Assembly (NCBI GenBank): GCA_963766445.1
Contig: CAVXZW010000029.1
Location: 28,681-92,680, forward strand
DNA length: 64,000 nucleotides
Origin: an uncultured Actinomycetes bacterium
GTDB taxonomy: Bacteria; Actinomycetota; Thermoleophilia; Gaiellales; JAICJC01
Direction of reading: 5' to 3'
In this document: positions 35,229 to 44,720 of the stretch, piece by piece
Layout: each line of letters begins with the position of its first letter
Position numbering within the stretch: position 1 is the first letter of the stretch
Notes under the pieces: generated by a model
Database searches by the model: none
Told to the model about the DNA's origin: nothing
Seen by the model: the letters and a program-made list of their open reading frames with translations, nothing else
Position numbers and translations under genes: made by a program

Positions 35229-36128
35229 ATGACGCGCCCCGTGCTCGGCGAGCTACTGACCGCGATGGTCACCCCGTTTGCGGATGACGGCACCGTCAAC
35301 CACGAGTCGGCCCGCCGCATGGCGCGCCACCTGGTCGATACCGGCTCCGACGGCATCGTCGTCTGCGGCACCACCGGCGAGGGCCCGACCGTCAACGACC
35401 GCGAGAAGCTGGAGCTGCTCGAGACGGTCGTCTCCGAGGTCGGCCCCACCGCCAGCGTGGTCGCGAACACGGGTAGCTACGACACGCATCATTCGGTGGC
35501 GCTGACCCGGTCCGCCCTCGCGTCCGGCGTGGACGGCTTTCTCGTGGTCACCCCGTACTACAACAAGCCGCCCGTGGACGGCATCGTCGCCCACTACGAG
35601 GCCATCGCCGAGGCCGCCGAGGGCCGCCCGGTGATCGTCTACAACATCCCGCAGCGGGTCGTGCTGAACCTCGAGCCGGAGCTGCTGGCACGGCTCAGCG
35701 AGATCGACAACGTGATCGCCGTCAAGCAGGCCACCGCCGACCTCGACCAGGCCCGCAGCATCCTCGACCACGGTGGCCTCGAGCTGTACGCGGGCAACGA
35801 CGACCTGCTTGCGCCGTTCCTGCGGCTGGGCGGTGCCGGCGGCATCTGCGTCGCGTCCCACATCGCGGGGCGCCGGATGCGGGAGATGGTCACTGCCGCC
35901 AGGGCCGGCGACCTCGAACGCACCGATGCCATCGACCGCGAGCTGCAGCCGCTCTACGACGCGCTCTCGATCACCACCAACCCGATCCCGCTGAAGGCCG
36001 CGCTGAACCTGCTCGGCCACGACGTGGGAGGGCTGCGCCTGCCGCTTGTCGAGGCCGACGCGGCGCAGACGGCGACGCTCCAGGCCGCGCTCGAGCTGGC
36101 CGGAATCCTGCCGGTCGCCGCCGGTTGA
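35229..36128 (+). CDS. dapA: 4-hydroxy-tetrahydrodipicolinate synthase
   Basis: Motifs 'TAMVTPF', 'VVCGTTGEGPT', 'VVTPYYNKP' and 'AVKQATAD' (Schiff-base Lys). Confidence 0.93.
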   Translation: MTRPVLGELLTAMVTPFADDGTVNHESARRMARHLVDTGSDGIVVCGTTGEGPTVNDREKLELLETVVSEVGPTASVVANTGSYDTHHSVALTRSALASGVDGFLVVTPYYNKPPVDGIVAHYEAIAEAAEGRPVIVYNIPQRVVLNLEPELLARLSEIDNVIAVKQATADLDQARSILDHGGLELYAGNDDLLAPFLRLGGAGGICVASHIAGRRMREMVTAARAGDLERTDAIDRELQPLYDALSITTNPIPLKAALNLLGHDVGGLRLPLVEADAAQTATLQAALELAGILPVAAG

Positions 36129-37801
36129 CGATGCGCGAACCCGTCAAGATCATCCCGCTCGGCGGGCTGGGCGAGGTTGGCAAGAACATGACCGTGTTCG
36201 AGTCCGGCGGCGACCTGATCCTGATCGACGCCGGCCTCACCTTCCCCAAGGCGGAGATGCACGGCATCGACCTGGTGTTGCCCGACTTCTCCTACGTGGT
36301 CGACCGCGCCGACCGGCTGAAGGCGATCGTGCTCACCCACGGCCACGAGGACCACGTCGGCGCGCTGCCCTACCTGCTGCGCGAGACCGGGACGCATCCG
36401 CTGGTGTTCGGCACCCGGCTGACGCTGGGGCTGATCAAGTCGAAGCTGGACGAGCACGGCCTGGGCGCCGAGACGGAGCTGGTGGAGCTGGTTCCGGACG
36501 GATCGCGCGTCGCGGCGGGGCCGTTCGAGGCCGAGGCGGTGCGCGTCACGCACTCGATCCCCGATGCAGTGGCGATCGTACTGCACACGGCGCACGGCGT
36601 GATCGTGCACACCGGCGACTTCAAGATGGACATGACGCCGGTGGACGGCCGCCCGGTCGACATCGGTCGCCTGCGCTCGCTCGGTGACGAGGGTGTGGCG
36701 CTGCTGATGTCGGATTCGACGAACGCCGAGAACCCTGGCACGACCCCGTCCGAGATGACGGTCGGGCCGAGCATGCGCGAGATCATCGCGAAGGCACCCG
36801 GCCGCGTGATCGTGACGTCGTTCGCGTCGCAGATCCACCGCCTGCAGCAGGTGATCGACGCGGCCGTCGCCAACAACCGCAAGGTCTGCGTGATCGGCCG
36901 GTCGATGGTGCGGAACCTGAACATCTCGCGAAACCTCGGCTACGCCGACATGGACGAGGATCTGCTGCTGAAGCCCAAGACGCTTGACTCCGTGCTTCCC
37001 CACGAGGTGGTCGTATTGTGCACGGGCAGCCAGGGCGAACCCCGCTCCGCGCTGACGCGGATGGCACACGGCGACCATCCCGCACTGCAGGTGCACCCGA
37101 CCGACACGGTGGTGATGTCGTCCAAGGCGGTGCCGGGCAACGAGGTGAACGTCGCGGAGACCGTGAACCGCCTGAACCGGATGGGCGCCACGGTGCTGAC
37201 CGAGAACAACGCCTACGTGCACGTGTCGGGCCACGGCTCGGCCGACGAGCTGCGCACGATGCTGGAACTGGTGCGTCCCAGGTTCTTCGTGCCGGTGCAC
37301 GGCGAGTACCGGATGCTGCGCGCGCACGCCGCCATCGCCGAGCGGACCGGCGTGGAGCCGCACGCCGTGCGGATCGCCGACAACGGCACCGTGCTGGAGC
37401 TGGACGCGGACGGGCTGTTCGTGACCGGGCAGATCGAGACCGGCATGACGCTGGTGGACGGCTACTCGGTGGGCGACGTGCGCGATGAGGTGCTGCGCGA
37501 CCGCAGGCGGCTGGCGACCGACGGCGTGCTGATCGTGGTGGCCACGATCGCCGCCGGAAGCGCCGAGGTGGTGGTGGATCCGGAGGTGATCGCGCGCGGG
37601 TTCGAGACGCCCGACGGCGAGGGCCAGGAGCTGCTCGACCGGGCTCGGGACGCGGTCGACGAGGTGCTCGAACGCTGCCTGGCGAACCGCATGACGGAGG
37701 TCAACCTGCTCCAGCAGGAGCTGCACGACGCGCTGGCGCCGCTGGTGCACAGGATGACGGGCAAGCGGCCGATGGTGTTGCCGGTCGTCGTAGAAGTCTG
37801 A
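36125..37801 (+). CDS. rnj: Ribonuclease J
   Basis: 558-aa intact ORF. Metallo-beta-lactamase motif 'THGHEDHVGALP', beta-CASP region and C-terminal domain. Confidence 0.92.
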   Translation: MTMREPVKIIPLGGLGEVGKNMTVFESGGDLILIDAGLTFPKAEMHGIDLVLPDFSYVVDRADRLKAIVLTHGHEDHVGALPYLLRETGTHPLVFGTRLTLGLIKSKLDEHGLGAETELVELVPDGSRVAAGPFEAEAVRVTHSIPDAVAIVLHTAHGVIVHTGDFKMDMTPVDGRPVDIGRLRSLGDEGVALLMSDSTNAENPGTTPSEMTVGPSMREIIAKAPGRVIVTSFASQIHRLQQVIDAAVANNRKVCVIGRSMVRNLNISRNLGYADMDEDLLLKPKTLDSVLPHEVVVLCTGSQGEPRSALTRMAHGDHPALQVHPTDTVVMSSKAVPGNEVNVAETVNRLNRMGATVLTENNAYVHVSGHGSADELRTMLELVRPRFFVPVHGEYRMLRAHAAIAERTGVEPHAVRIADNGTVLELDADGLFVTGQIETGMTLVDGYSVGDVRDEVLRDRRRLATDGVLIVVATIAAGSAEVVVDPEVIARGFETPDGEGQELLDRARDAVDEVLERCLANRMTEVNLLQQELHDALAPLVHRMTGKRPMVLPVVVEV

Positions 37802-37815
37802 ACCAACAGTCTGAA

Positions 37816-37846
37816 GCGACGCCTGCCAGACAGTGGCAGCCGTCGC
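37816..37846 (+). terminator. GC-rich hairpin downstream of rnj
   Basis: GCGACGcCTGCC-agacagt-GGCAGcCGTCGC (11 bp with one mismatch), starting 15 nt after the rnj stop. There is no U tract. Confidence 0.3.
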
Positions 37847-37964
37847 GCGGCGCACCGCGAGTTATCGAGTACCTCGGAAGGTCTGGCATACACCGAGCCG
37901 ACCCGTGACGGGCACTCGAAGTCACCGGAAGGAACGCCGTCCGATACGGTGAATACCATCGCCA

Positions 37965-40331
37965 ATGGCCAGGACCACTACGCGACGGACCCATCGCGCT
38001 CCTGGTTCACGACCGGCTCGACGCACGCGCAAGTCCCCCATCCGCTCCCAGACCCCCCAGCGGAGGCGTGCGTCGAGTCGGACTTCGCTCTCGCAGCGTC
38101 GTGACCTGATCGGCGGTGGGCTGATCGCAGCCGGAATCTTCCTCGGCTGCGTCGAGTTCCTGGGCTGGGACGGCGGCGTGATCGGCCTCAAGATCGACCG
38201 TCTGCTGCAGCTGTTGGTGGGCAGGAGCACCGCCCTGGTGCCACCGATCCTGGTGATCGCCGGCGCCATGATCTTCGTCGACAGCAAGGCCCGGCACCTG
38301 CGACCGCTGCGCCTGGGCGCGATCATTCTGTTCACCTCGGTGACGCTGGCGCTGGCATCGAACAACACCCTGCGGCCCGAGCACCACGGCGGCCTGATCG
38401 GCGCGTATCTGCACACCGGCCTGGAGGGGTTGATCGGCGGCATCGGCGTCTCGATCCTGGTGGTGCTGGGCATCGGAGCAGCAATCGTCCTGATCACCGG
38501 CGCCTCGATCGGCGTGATGATGCGCAGCTCCGGGCGCACGGTCGCGCGCGCGGCCGAGAGCGGCGCCCGCCTCAGCGGCGAGGTGGCACGGCGGTACCGT
38601 GAGCGGCCCGCATCCCGCCCGACGCTGGCGGCGGTGCCCGATCCCGACAAGCCCAAGCGGCGGCGCAGCGCCCCGCTCGACGGCAGCCAGGAGTACGCCG
38701 ACCTGTTCGGCGACGCACCCGACTTCGAGCCCGAGGCGCAGCAGCCCGACCCTTCGATCGAACCGGAGTCGGAGCCGGAGCCGGCCGCCGTTCAGCCTGA
38801 CGCCGATGAGGACGCCGTCACGGCTGAGGTCGTGGCACCGTCGCTGGCGCTGGACGCATCGCCGCGGCCCAAGACCGAGTATCGCCTGCCGGCGGCCAGC
38901 ATCCTCAAGAAGAGCACCGCCAGCCGCGGCGGCGGCGAGGATCACAAGCAGGTCGCGCGCAAGCTGGTCGAGGCGCTTGCCAACTTCGGCATCGAGGCCC
39001 GCTGCGTGGGCATGGTGGCGGGGCCCCGCGTGACCCGGTACGAGCTGCAGCTCGCACCCGGCATCAAGGTGTCGCGCGTGACCCAGCTGCGCGACGACCT
39101 GGCCTACGCCCTCGCAACCACCGAGATCCGCATCCTGGCGCCGATCCCGGGCAAGCAGGCGGTCGGCGTCGAGGTCCCGAACACCTCACACAACACGGTC
39201 ACCCTCGGGGACATCTTCGGCGAGCCGGCGGCCGGTTCCAGCCCGCTCACCGCCTGGCTCGGCAAGGACATCTCCGGGGCCGGGGTCGCCTGCGATCTCG
39301 CCAAGATGCCGCACCTTCTGATCGCCGGCACCACCGGCTCGGGCAAGTCGGGCTGCATCAACGCCGTGCTCTGCTCGATCCTGCTGCGCGCCACCCCCGA
39401 CGAGGTGCGCATGATCCTGGTCGATCCCAAGCGCGTCGAGCTCAACCACTACGAGTCGATCCCGCACCTGCTCACGCCCGTCGTCACCAACATGAAGAAC
39501 GCGGCGCTGGTGCTGCAGAACATCGTCCGCGAGATGGAGAGCCGCTACGAGCTGATGGGCGCCGTCAAGGCCCGCAACCTGGCCGAGTGGAACCGCAAGC
39601 GTCAGGAGCTGGGCCAGGACACGGTGCCGCACATCCTGGTCGTGATCGACGAGCTGGCCGATCTGATGATGGTGTCGCCGGCCGACGTCGAGGACGCCAT
39701 CATCCGGCTGGCGCAGAAGTCGCGGGCCGTCGGCATCCACCTGGTGCTTGCCACTCAGAGCCCGCGCGTGGACGTGATCACTGGCATGATCAAGGCCAAC
39801 GTGCCGTCACGGATCGCCTTCGCCGTGTCGTCGCAGACCGACTCGCGGGTGATCCTGGACGTGAACGGCGCCGAGGCGCTGCTGGGCGCGGGGGACATGC
39901 TCTACAAGCCGCTCGGCACCTCGAAGATGCTGCGCGTGCAGGGCGCCTACATCTCCGAGGACGAGACCAGGCGCATCGTCGAGGCCTGCCGCAAGCAGGG
40001 CCAGCCCACGTTCGAGGAGGAGCTGCTGGAGCTGCCCGCCGACGTCGAGCCGGAGCAGCTGGACGCCGACGAGGATCCCGTGCTGAACGACGCGATCCGG
40101 CTGGTGGCACAGCATCAGACCGCCTCGGTGTCGCTGCTGCAGCGCCGGCTGCGGGTCGGCTACACCCGCGCAGGGCGGCTGATCGACATGCTCGAGCGCC
40201 GCGGGATCGTGTCCGGCTACGAGGGCTCAAAGGCCCGCAACGTCCTGATCAGCGAGGCCGACCTGGCACGCATCCTGGGCGAGGACCAGCCTGCGCCGAT
40301 CGACGAGCCGGTCGAGGACTTCACCTTCTAG
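37965..40331 (+). CDS. ftsK: DNA translocase FtsK/SpoIIIE
   Basis: 788 aa. N-terminal TM helices and a Pro/Glu-rich linker. Motor motifs 'GTTGSGKSGCINA' and 'ILVVIDELADLMM'. A winged-helix gamma domain is present ('LLQRRLRVGYTRAGRLIDMLE'). Confidence 0.93.
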   Translation: MARTTTRRTHRAPGSRPARRTRKSPIRSQTPQRRRASSRTSLSQRRDLIGGGLIAAGIFLGCVEFLGWDGGVIGLKIDRLLQLLVGRSTALVPPILVIAGAMIFVDSKARHLRPLRLGAIILFTSVTLALASNNTLRPEHHGGLIGAYLHTGLEGLIGGIGVSILVVLGIGAAIVLITGASIGVMMRSSGRTVARAAESGARLSGEVARRYRERPASRPTLAAVPDPDKPKRRRSAPLDGSQEYADLFGDAPDFEPEAQQPDPSIEPESEPEPAAVQPDADEDAVTAEVVAPSLALDASPRPKTEYRLPAASILKKSTASRGGGEDHKQVARKLVEALANFGIEARCVGMVAGPRVTRYELQLAPGIKVSRVTQLRDDLAYALATTEIRILAPIPGKQAVGVEVPNTSHNTVTLGDIFGEPAAGSSPLTAWLGKDISGAGVACDLAKMPHLLIAGTTGSGKSGCINAVLCSILLRATPDEVRMILVDPKRVELNHYESIPHLLTPVVTNMKNAALVLQNIVREMESRYELMGAVKARNLAEWNRKRQELGQDTVPHILVVIDELADLMMVSPADVEDAIIRLAQKSRAVGIHLVLATQSPRVDVITGMIKANVPSRIAFAVSSQTDSRVILDVNGAEALLGAGDMLYKPLGTSKMLRVQGAYISEDETRRIVEACRKQGQPTFEEELLELPADVEPEQLDADEDPVLNDAIRLVAQHQTASVSLLQRRLRVGYTRAGRLIDMLERRGIVSGYEGSKARNVLISEADLARILGEDQPAPIDEPVEDFTF

Positions 40332-40344
40332 CCGTCCGCGGGTC

Positions 40345-40510
40345 GATGGTTGATTCCACGGGATATGTGGATGCTGGACGCAGGATGGGGCGCGTTGGAC
40401 GGCGGGAGCATCCGCAGGGCAGGCTGGGTATGTCCTGGCCAAGGAAGATCGCGACGTCCAGCGTGTCCCAGACCAGCTCCAGCGCCGCTTAGCTCGTGGA
40501 ATCAATCATC
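40345..40510. repeat. 166-bp intergenic segment bounded by 16-nt inverted repeats (15/16 match)
   Basis: GATGGTTGATTCCACG (40345-40360) pairs with CGTGGAATCAATCATC (40495-40510). An internal stem GGATGCT...AGCATCC is also present. GC content is lower than the flanks. Confidence 0.5.
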
Positions 40511-40522
40511 TAGTCTGCGCGC

Positions 40523-41383
40523 GTGACTGACGACTGGTACGCGCGGCTCCAGGCCAGCGGGCTGCTGGACACGCTGGCACCGTATGCACCGGTGCTGGTC
40601 GGCGCCTACCCGCTGGGCATGGCGCCGCCCGGCTCGCGGATCGAGATCGTCTGTCGCGCCACCGACCTGCCTGCCTTCGCACGGACGCTGGAGCGCACGT
40701 ACGGCGGCGACGGGTTCGCGATGTATCCGGGCACGCTGGCGCTTGAGGACGCCGTCTTCGCCGAGTTCGACCTGGACGGACTCCCGTTCGAGGTGGCTGC
40801 CCAGAGCGATCACGAGCACCGCAAGCTGGGGGCCGCCACCATCGGCATCTCGCGGGTGCTGGAGATGGAGGGAGACGTGAGCCGCGACCGGCTGGCGGCG
40901 CGCGTGGCCGGTGGCGAGGACTGGCTGGAGGCGGCCATGCACCAGACCGGCCTCACCCGCTCCGCGCTGGAGGCGCTGGCCACCGCGAACGCGGCCGTCG
41001 CCCGCCGGGTGCTGGGCGTCCGCACCCCGGGACCGTCGTTCCGCGAGTACCTGATCCCGCTGCTGGTGGGCTTCCTGTCGGAGTTCCTGATCATCCTGGC
41101 CACGTCGACCGGCCACTCGCAGGACTTCACCGGGCTGATGCTGATGGTGCAGGCGATCGTGCTGGGCGCGGTGTTCGGCACACGCATGGGCCTGATCGCC
41201 GCGCTGGCCCCGCTGCTCCTGTTCGGCGCCGTGATCGGATCCAGCTTCCTGGTCGGCAACGAGAGCTGCGGTAGCGACGGCTGCGGCTACCAGATTGCGA
41301 GCTACACGTTCGTCGCCCTGCTGGTCGGAAGCGGAGCCGGAGTCACCGGGTTGTTGCGGGATCGCTACTTCCCGCGCGCGTAA
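40523..41383 (+). CDS. Hypothetical protein: soluble N-terminal domain (possibly DUF4269/nucleotidyltransferase-like) fused to a 4-TM C-terminal domain
   Basis: 286-aa ORF. N-terminal half: 'LAPYAPVLVGAYPLGMAPPGSRIEIVC'. C-terminal half: four hydrophobic helices plus 'CGSDGCGYQ'. The family assignment comes from memory only. Confidence 0.55.
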   Translation: MTDDWYARLQASGLLDTLAPYAPVLVGAYPLGMAPPGSRIEIVCRATDLPAFARTLERTYGGDGFAMYPGTLALEDAVFAEFDLDGLPFEVAAQSDHEHRKLGAATIGISRVLEMEGDVSRDRLAARVAGGEDWLEAAMHQTGLTRSALEALATANAAVARRVLGVRTPGPSFREYLIPLLVGFLSEFLIILATSTGHSQDFTGLMLMVQAIVLGAVFGTRMGLIAALAPLLLFGAVIGSSFLVGNESCGSDGCGYQIASYTFVALLVGSGAGVTGLLRDRYFPRA

Positions 41384-41424
41384 GTCGTAGACTGCGCCTT
41401 CGCCGTTCAGCGGCGTACCCACCC

Positions 41425-42222
41425 ATGTTTGAAATTGGATCAGCACTCCGCGAGGCCCGAGAGCGCCGAGGACTGTCCTACTCGCAGGTCGAGGAGGGCA
41501 CCAAGATCCGGGCCCGCTACATCCGCGCCCTCGAGGACGAGGACTTCGGCGTGCTGCCCGGAGCCACCTACAGCAAGGGCTTCCTGCGGGCCTACGCCGA
41601 CTACCTGGGGCTGGACGGCCACCTGTTCATCGACGAGTTCAACTCGCGCTACCACGACCCTCGCAACGACGACGACCGCCCGATCTACCCGCCTTCGCGC
41701 CGCACGCCGTCGCGCCACCGCCGCGAGACCAGCATCGTCCTGATCGCGCTGGCGGCGATCGTGGCGATCGCGTCGCTGGTGTTCCTGGGCGCCGGTTCGG
41801 GCGGCACCCCCAACACCCCGCTGCCGACGCCGTCGACGACGACCCACAACCCCAAGACCACCCAGGGTTCGACCGCGTCGTCCGGTGGCTCGACGCAGGG
41901 CGCCACCACGAGCTCGAAGAAGCACAAGCAGGCAGCGGCCAAGACCTACAAGATCACCATCACGGCCGCGGCCGGAGACTCCTACCTGTCGGCGCATCTG
42001 GGATCGGCCGCCGGCCCCGCCGCGAAGACGATCCATCACACCGATCTCTCCGAGTACCTGCTGCAGCAGGGCGAGCAGGCCGTGATCCAGGCCAAGCGCA
42101 CCGTCGTCGTCTCGCTGGGCGCGCCCGGGAACGTCACCATCACCGTGGCCGGGCACCCGCAGACGCTGCCGCACGGCATCTCCAGCTTCAAGATCACCAA
42201 ACAGGGCATCGCCAAGGCGTGA
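41425..42222 (+). CDS. RodZ-like protein (XRE-type HTH, TM helix, Ser/Thr/Pro linker, DUF4115-like C-terminus)
   Basis: Motifs 'LREARERRGLSYSQVEEGTKIRARYIRALEDEDF' and 'SKGFLRAYADYLGLD'. One TM helix and a beta-rich C-terminal domain. Confidence 0.7.
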   Translation: MFEIGSALREARERRGLSYSQVEEGTKIRARYIRALEDEDFGVLPGATYSKGFLRAYADYLGLDGHLFIDEFNSRYHDPRNDDDRPIYPPSRRTPSRHRRETSIVLIALAAIVAIASLVFLGAGSGGTPNTPLPTPSTTTHNPKTTQGSTASSGGSTQGATTSSKKHKQAAAKTYKITITAAAGDSYLSAHLGSAAGPAAKTIHHTDLSEYLLQQGEQAVIQAKRTVVVSLGAPGNVTITVAGHPQTLPHGISSFKITKQGIAKA

Positions 42223-43481
42223 CCCGGCCCACCGCCGCGATCCTGCTGACGGGCAGCGAGCTCCTGCGCGGTGTCATCCCCGACCGGAACGCGGCGTACC
42301 TGGCCGAGCGGCTCGAGTCGCTGGGCTTCTCGATGCGGCGCACGCTGATGGTGGGCGACCCGCTGGCCGACATCGAGCGGGGCTTCCGTGATCTGGCCGG
42401 CGCCCACGATCTGATCGTCACGTCCGGCGGGCTCGGGCCAACCCACGACGACCGCACCGTGGAGGCGCTGGCGGCGGTGGCCGGCGTGCCGCTCGAGCTG
42501 GACGAGGCGGTGCTGGCCAGGATCACCGGCTGGACGGACGAGGTGGCCCAGCGCATGGGCTTCGACCGCGCCCGCTTCGATGCCGGCAACCGCAAACAGG
42601 CGCGGATCCCGCGCGGAGCCCAGGTGCTGGGCATGGCCGGCACGGCGCCCGGGCTGATGATGGAGGTGGACGGCTCGGTGGTGGTGGTGTTGCCGGGCGT
42701 GCCCTCGGAGCTGCGGCGGCTGTGGCAGCTCGCTCCCGAGCACCCGCTGCTGGCGCCGCTGATCGCCCGCGCGCAGCCGCGGCAGCGGCTGATGCTGCGC
42801 ACCTACGGCATCGGTGAGTCACACGTGGCCGACCTGTTCGAGCAGGCCGGCGGCGACCCGGACGGGGTCGAGACCAGCATCTGCGCCCGCAACTACGAGG
42901 TCGAGATCGACATCCGCTCGACGGCCGAGGGCGAGGCCGCCGGCCTGCAGCTGTGGCAGCAGCTGCAGGCCGATCTCGAGCCGCACCTGTTCGCGACCGA
43001 CGACCGGCCGATCGCGGAGATCGTGCTGGAGCTGGCCCGGGAGCGGGGCCTGACGCTGGTCACGGCGGAGTCCTGCACGGGCGGGATGGTGGCGGCCGAA
43101 CTGACGGCCATCCCGGGCAGCTCGGACGTGTTCGCGGGCGGCGCGGTCACCTACTTGGACCGGCTCAAGCACGAGCTGCTGGGCGTCCCCGAGGCCACGC
43201 TCGAACAGTTCGGCGCGGTCAGCGCCGAGACCGCGCGGGCGATGGCGGAGGGCGCGCGCAGGCGGCTGGGCACCGACCTGGCCGTGGCGGTGACCGGCGT
43301 GGCCGGCCCCGGCGGCGGCACTGAGGAGAAGCCGGTGGGGCTGGTGTACCTGCACATGAGCGGCCCCGACGGCGAGGCCGAGCGGCGGATGCAGTGGGGC
43401 GGGACGCGACACGACGTGCGGCTGCGCGCGACCGCGGCCGCGTTGCACCTGCTCCGTGACCAGCTTGCGACCGGTTCGTGA
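42219..43481 (+). CDS. cinA: CinA competence/damage-inducible protein (MoCF-binding domain + PncC NMN deamidase)
   Basis: GTGA overlap with the previous gene. Motifs 'ILLTGSELLRG', 'LIVTSGGLGPTHDD' and C-terminal 'TAESCTGGMVAAELT'. Confidence 0.88.
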   Translation: MTRPTAAILLTGSELLRGVIPDRNAAYLAERLESLGFSMRRTLMVGDPLADIERGFRDLAGAHDLIVTSGGLGPTHDDRTVEALAAVAGVPLELDEAVLARITGWTDEVAQRMGFDRARFDAGNRKQARIPRGAQVLGMAGTAPGLMMEVDGSVVVVLPGVPSELRRLWQLAPEHPLLAPLIARAQPRQRLMLRTYGIGESHVADLFEQAGGDPDGVETSICARNYEVEIDIRSTAEGEAAGLQLWQQLQADLEPHLFATDDRPIAEIVLELARERGLTLVTAESCTGGMVAAELTAIPGSSDVFAGGAVTYLDRLKHELLGVPEATLEQFGAVSAETARAMAEGARRRLGTDLAVAVTGVAGPGGGTEEKPVGLVYLHMSGPDGEAERRMQWGGTRHDVRLRATAAALHLLRDQLATGS

Positions 43482-43521
43482 CCACAATGGCCTTGAGGTG
43501 CGTCCGATACCAGGGCTAGTA

Positions 43522-43550
43522 TTCCGACACGAACACCCGTTCGCTATCGA
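43522..43550 (+). promoter_or_regulatory. recA promoter candidate (TTCCGA-17 nt-TATCGA) with an embedded LexA/SOS box CGAACacccGTTCG
   Basis: A perfect palindrome CGAAC-N4-GTTCG lies at 43530-43543, matching the Gram-positive/actinobacterial Cheo-type box GAAC-N4-GTTC. It sits 50 nt upstream of the recA ATG. Confidence 0.65.
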
Positions 43551-43593
43551 GCACGCTACAACGTAGGCAGAACGCCGCAGGAGGGTGGAGGAC

Positions 43594-44703
43594 ATGGAAC
43601 GAGACCAGGCACTGGACGCCGCAGTCAGCCAGATCGAGCGCCAGTTCGGCAAGGGCGCGATCATGAAGATGGGAGAGGCGTCGCACGTCGACATCGACTC
43701 TGTCTCGACCGGGGCGCTCTCGCTCGACCTCGGCCTGGGCATCGGCGGGCTCCCGCGCGGCCGCGTGGTGGAGGTGTTCGGCCCTGAGTCCTCCGGCAAG
43801 ACGACACTCTGCTACCACGTGATCGCGGAGGCCCAGCGCAAGGGCGGCCTGGCCGCGTTCATCGACGCCGAGCACTCCATGGACCCGACCTACGCGCGGC
43901 GGATCGGCGTGAACGTGGACGAGCTGCTGCTGTCGCAGCCCGACAACGGGGAGCAGGCGCTCGAGATCGCGGAGATGCTGATCAGAAGCGGTGCGCTGGA
44001 CGTGCTCGTGATCGACTCGGTGGCGGCGCTGGTGCCGCGAGCCGAGATCGAGGGCGAGATGGGCGACTCCCACGTCGGCCTGCAGGCGCGGTTGATGAGC
44101 CAGGCGCTCCGCAAGATCGCCGGCACCCTCAACCGCACGGGCACGATCTGCATCTTCACCAACCAGCTGCGTGAGAAGATCGGCGTCATGTTCGGTTCGC
44201 CGGAGACCACGCCGGGCGGCCGCGCGCTCAAGTTCTACTCCTCGGTGCGCCTGGACATCCGCCGCATCGAGACGCTCAAGGAGGGAACGGAGGCGGTCGG
44301 CAACCGCGTGCGGGTCAAGATCGTCAAAAACAAGGTGGCTCCTCCGTTCAAGCAGGCCGAGTTCGACATCGCCTACGGCGAGGGCATCTCCTGGGAGGGA
44401 ACGGTGCTGGACGTCGCGCTGGAGTACAAGATCGTGACCAAGTCCGGCTCGTACTTCTCGTTCGGCGACGAGCGGCTCGGGCAGGGGCGCACCAACGTCA
44501 AGGCATTCCTGGTGGAACATCCGGACGTCACCGCCAAGATCCTCGATCTGATCCAGGAGCAGGTGCCCGATGTGGTGGTGCCACGCAGGGCGGGGGCCGG
44601 CGATGCACCGACCGTGATCCCGGCGCGCGGCGCGGCCGACGCGTCCGAGGACGACGAGCAGCCCCTGAACGGCAAGGCACAGATGGCCGGTGCTGAAGGC
44701 TGA
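43594..44703 (+). CDS. recA: Recombinase RecA
   Basis: ATG at 43594 lies 9 nt after AGGAGG. Motifs 'GPESSGKTT' (Walker A), 'LVIDSVAAL' and '[29 protein letters not shown]'. No intein is present. Confidence 0.97.
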   Translation: MERDQALDAAVSQIERQFGKGAIMKMGEASHVDIDSVSTGALSLDLGLGIGGLPRGRVVEVFGPESSGKTTLCYHVIAEAQRKGGLAAFIDAEHSMDPTYARRIGVNVDELLLSQPDNGEQALEIAEMLIRSGALDVLVIDSVAALVPRAEIEGEMGDSHVGLQARLMSQALRKIAGTLNRTGTICIFTNQLREKIGVMFGSPETTPGGRALKFYSSVRLDIRRIETLKEGTEAVGNRVRVKIVKNKVAPPFKQAEFDIAYGEGISWEGTVLDVALEYKIVTKSGSYFSFGDERLGQGRTNVKAFLVEHPDVTAKILDLIQEQVPDVVVPRRAGAGDAPTVIPARGAADASEDDEQPLNGKAQMAGAEG

Positions 44704-44720
44704 CACTGGACCAGGCTGCC

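Noticed and set aside
40227-40505. 92-aa minus-strand ORF in the ftsK downstream intergenic region.
   Set aside because: It has no RBS and overlaps the ftsK 3' end, and its sequence is unremarkable. The region is better described as an IR-bounded non-coding element or gene remnant.
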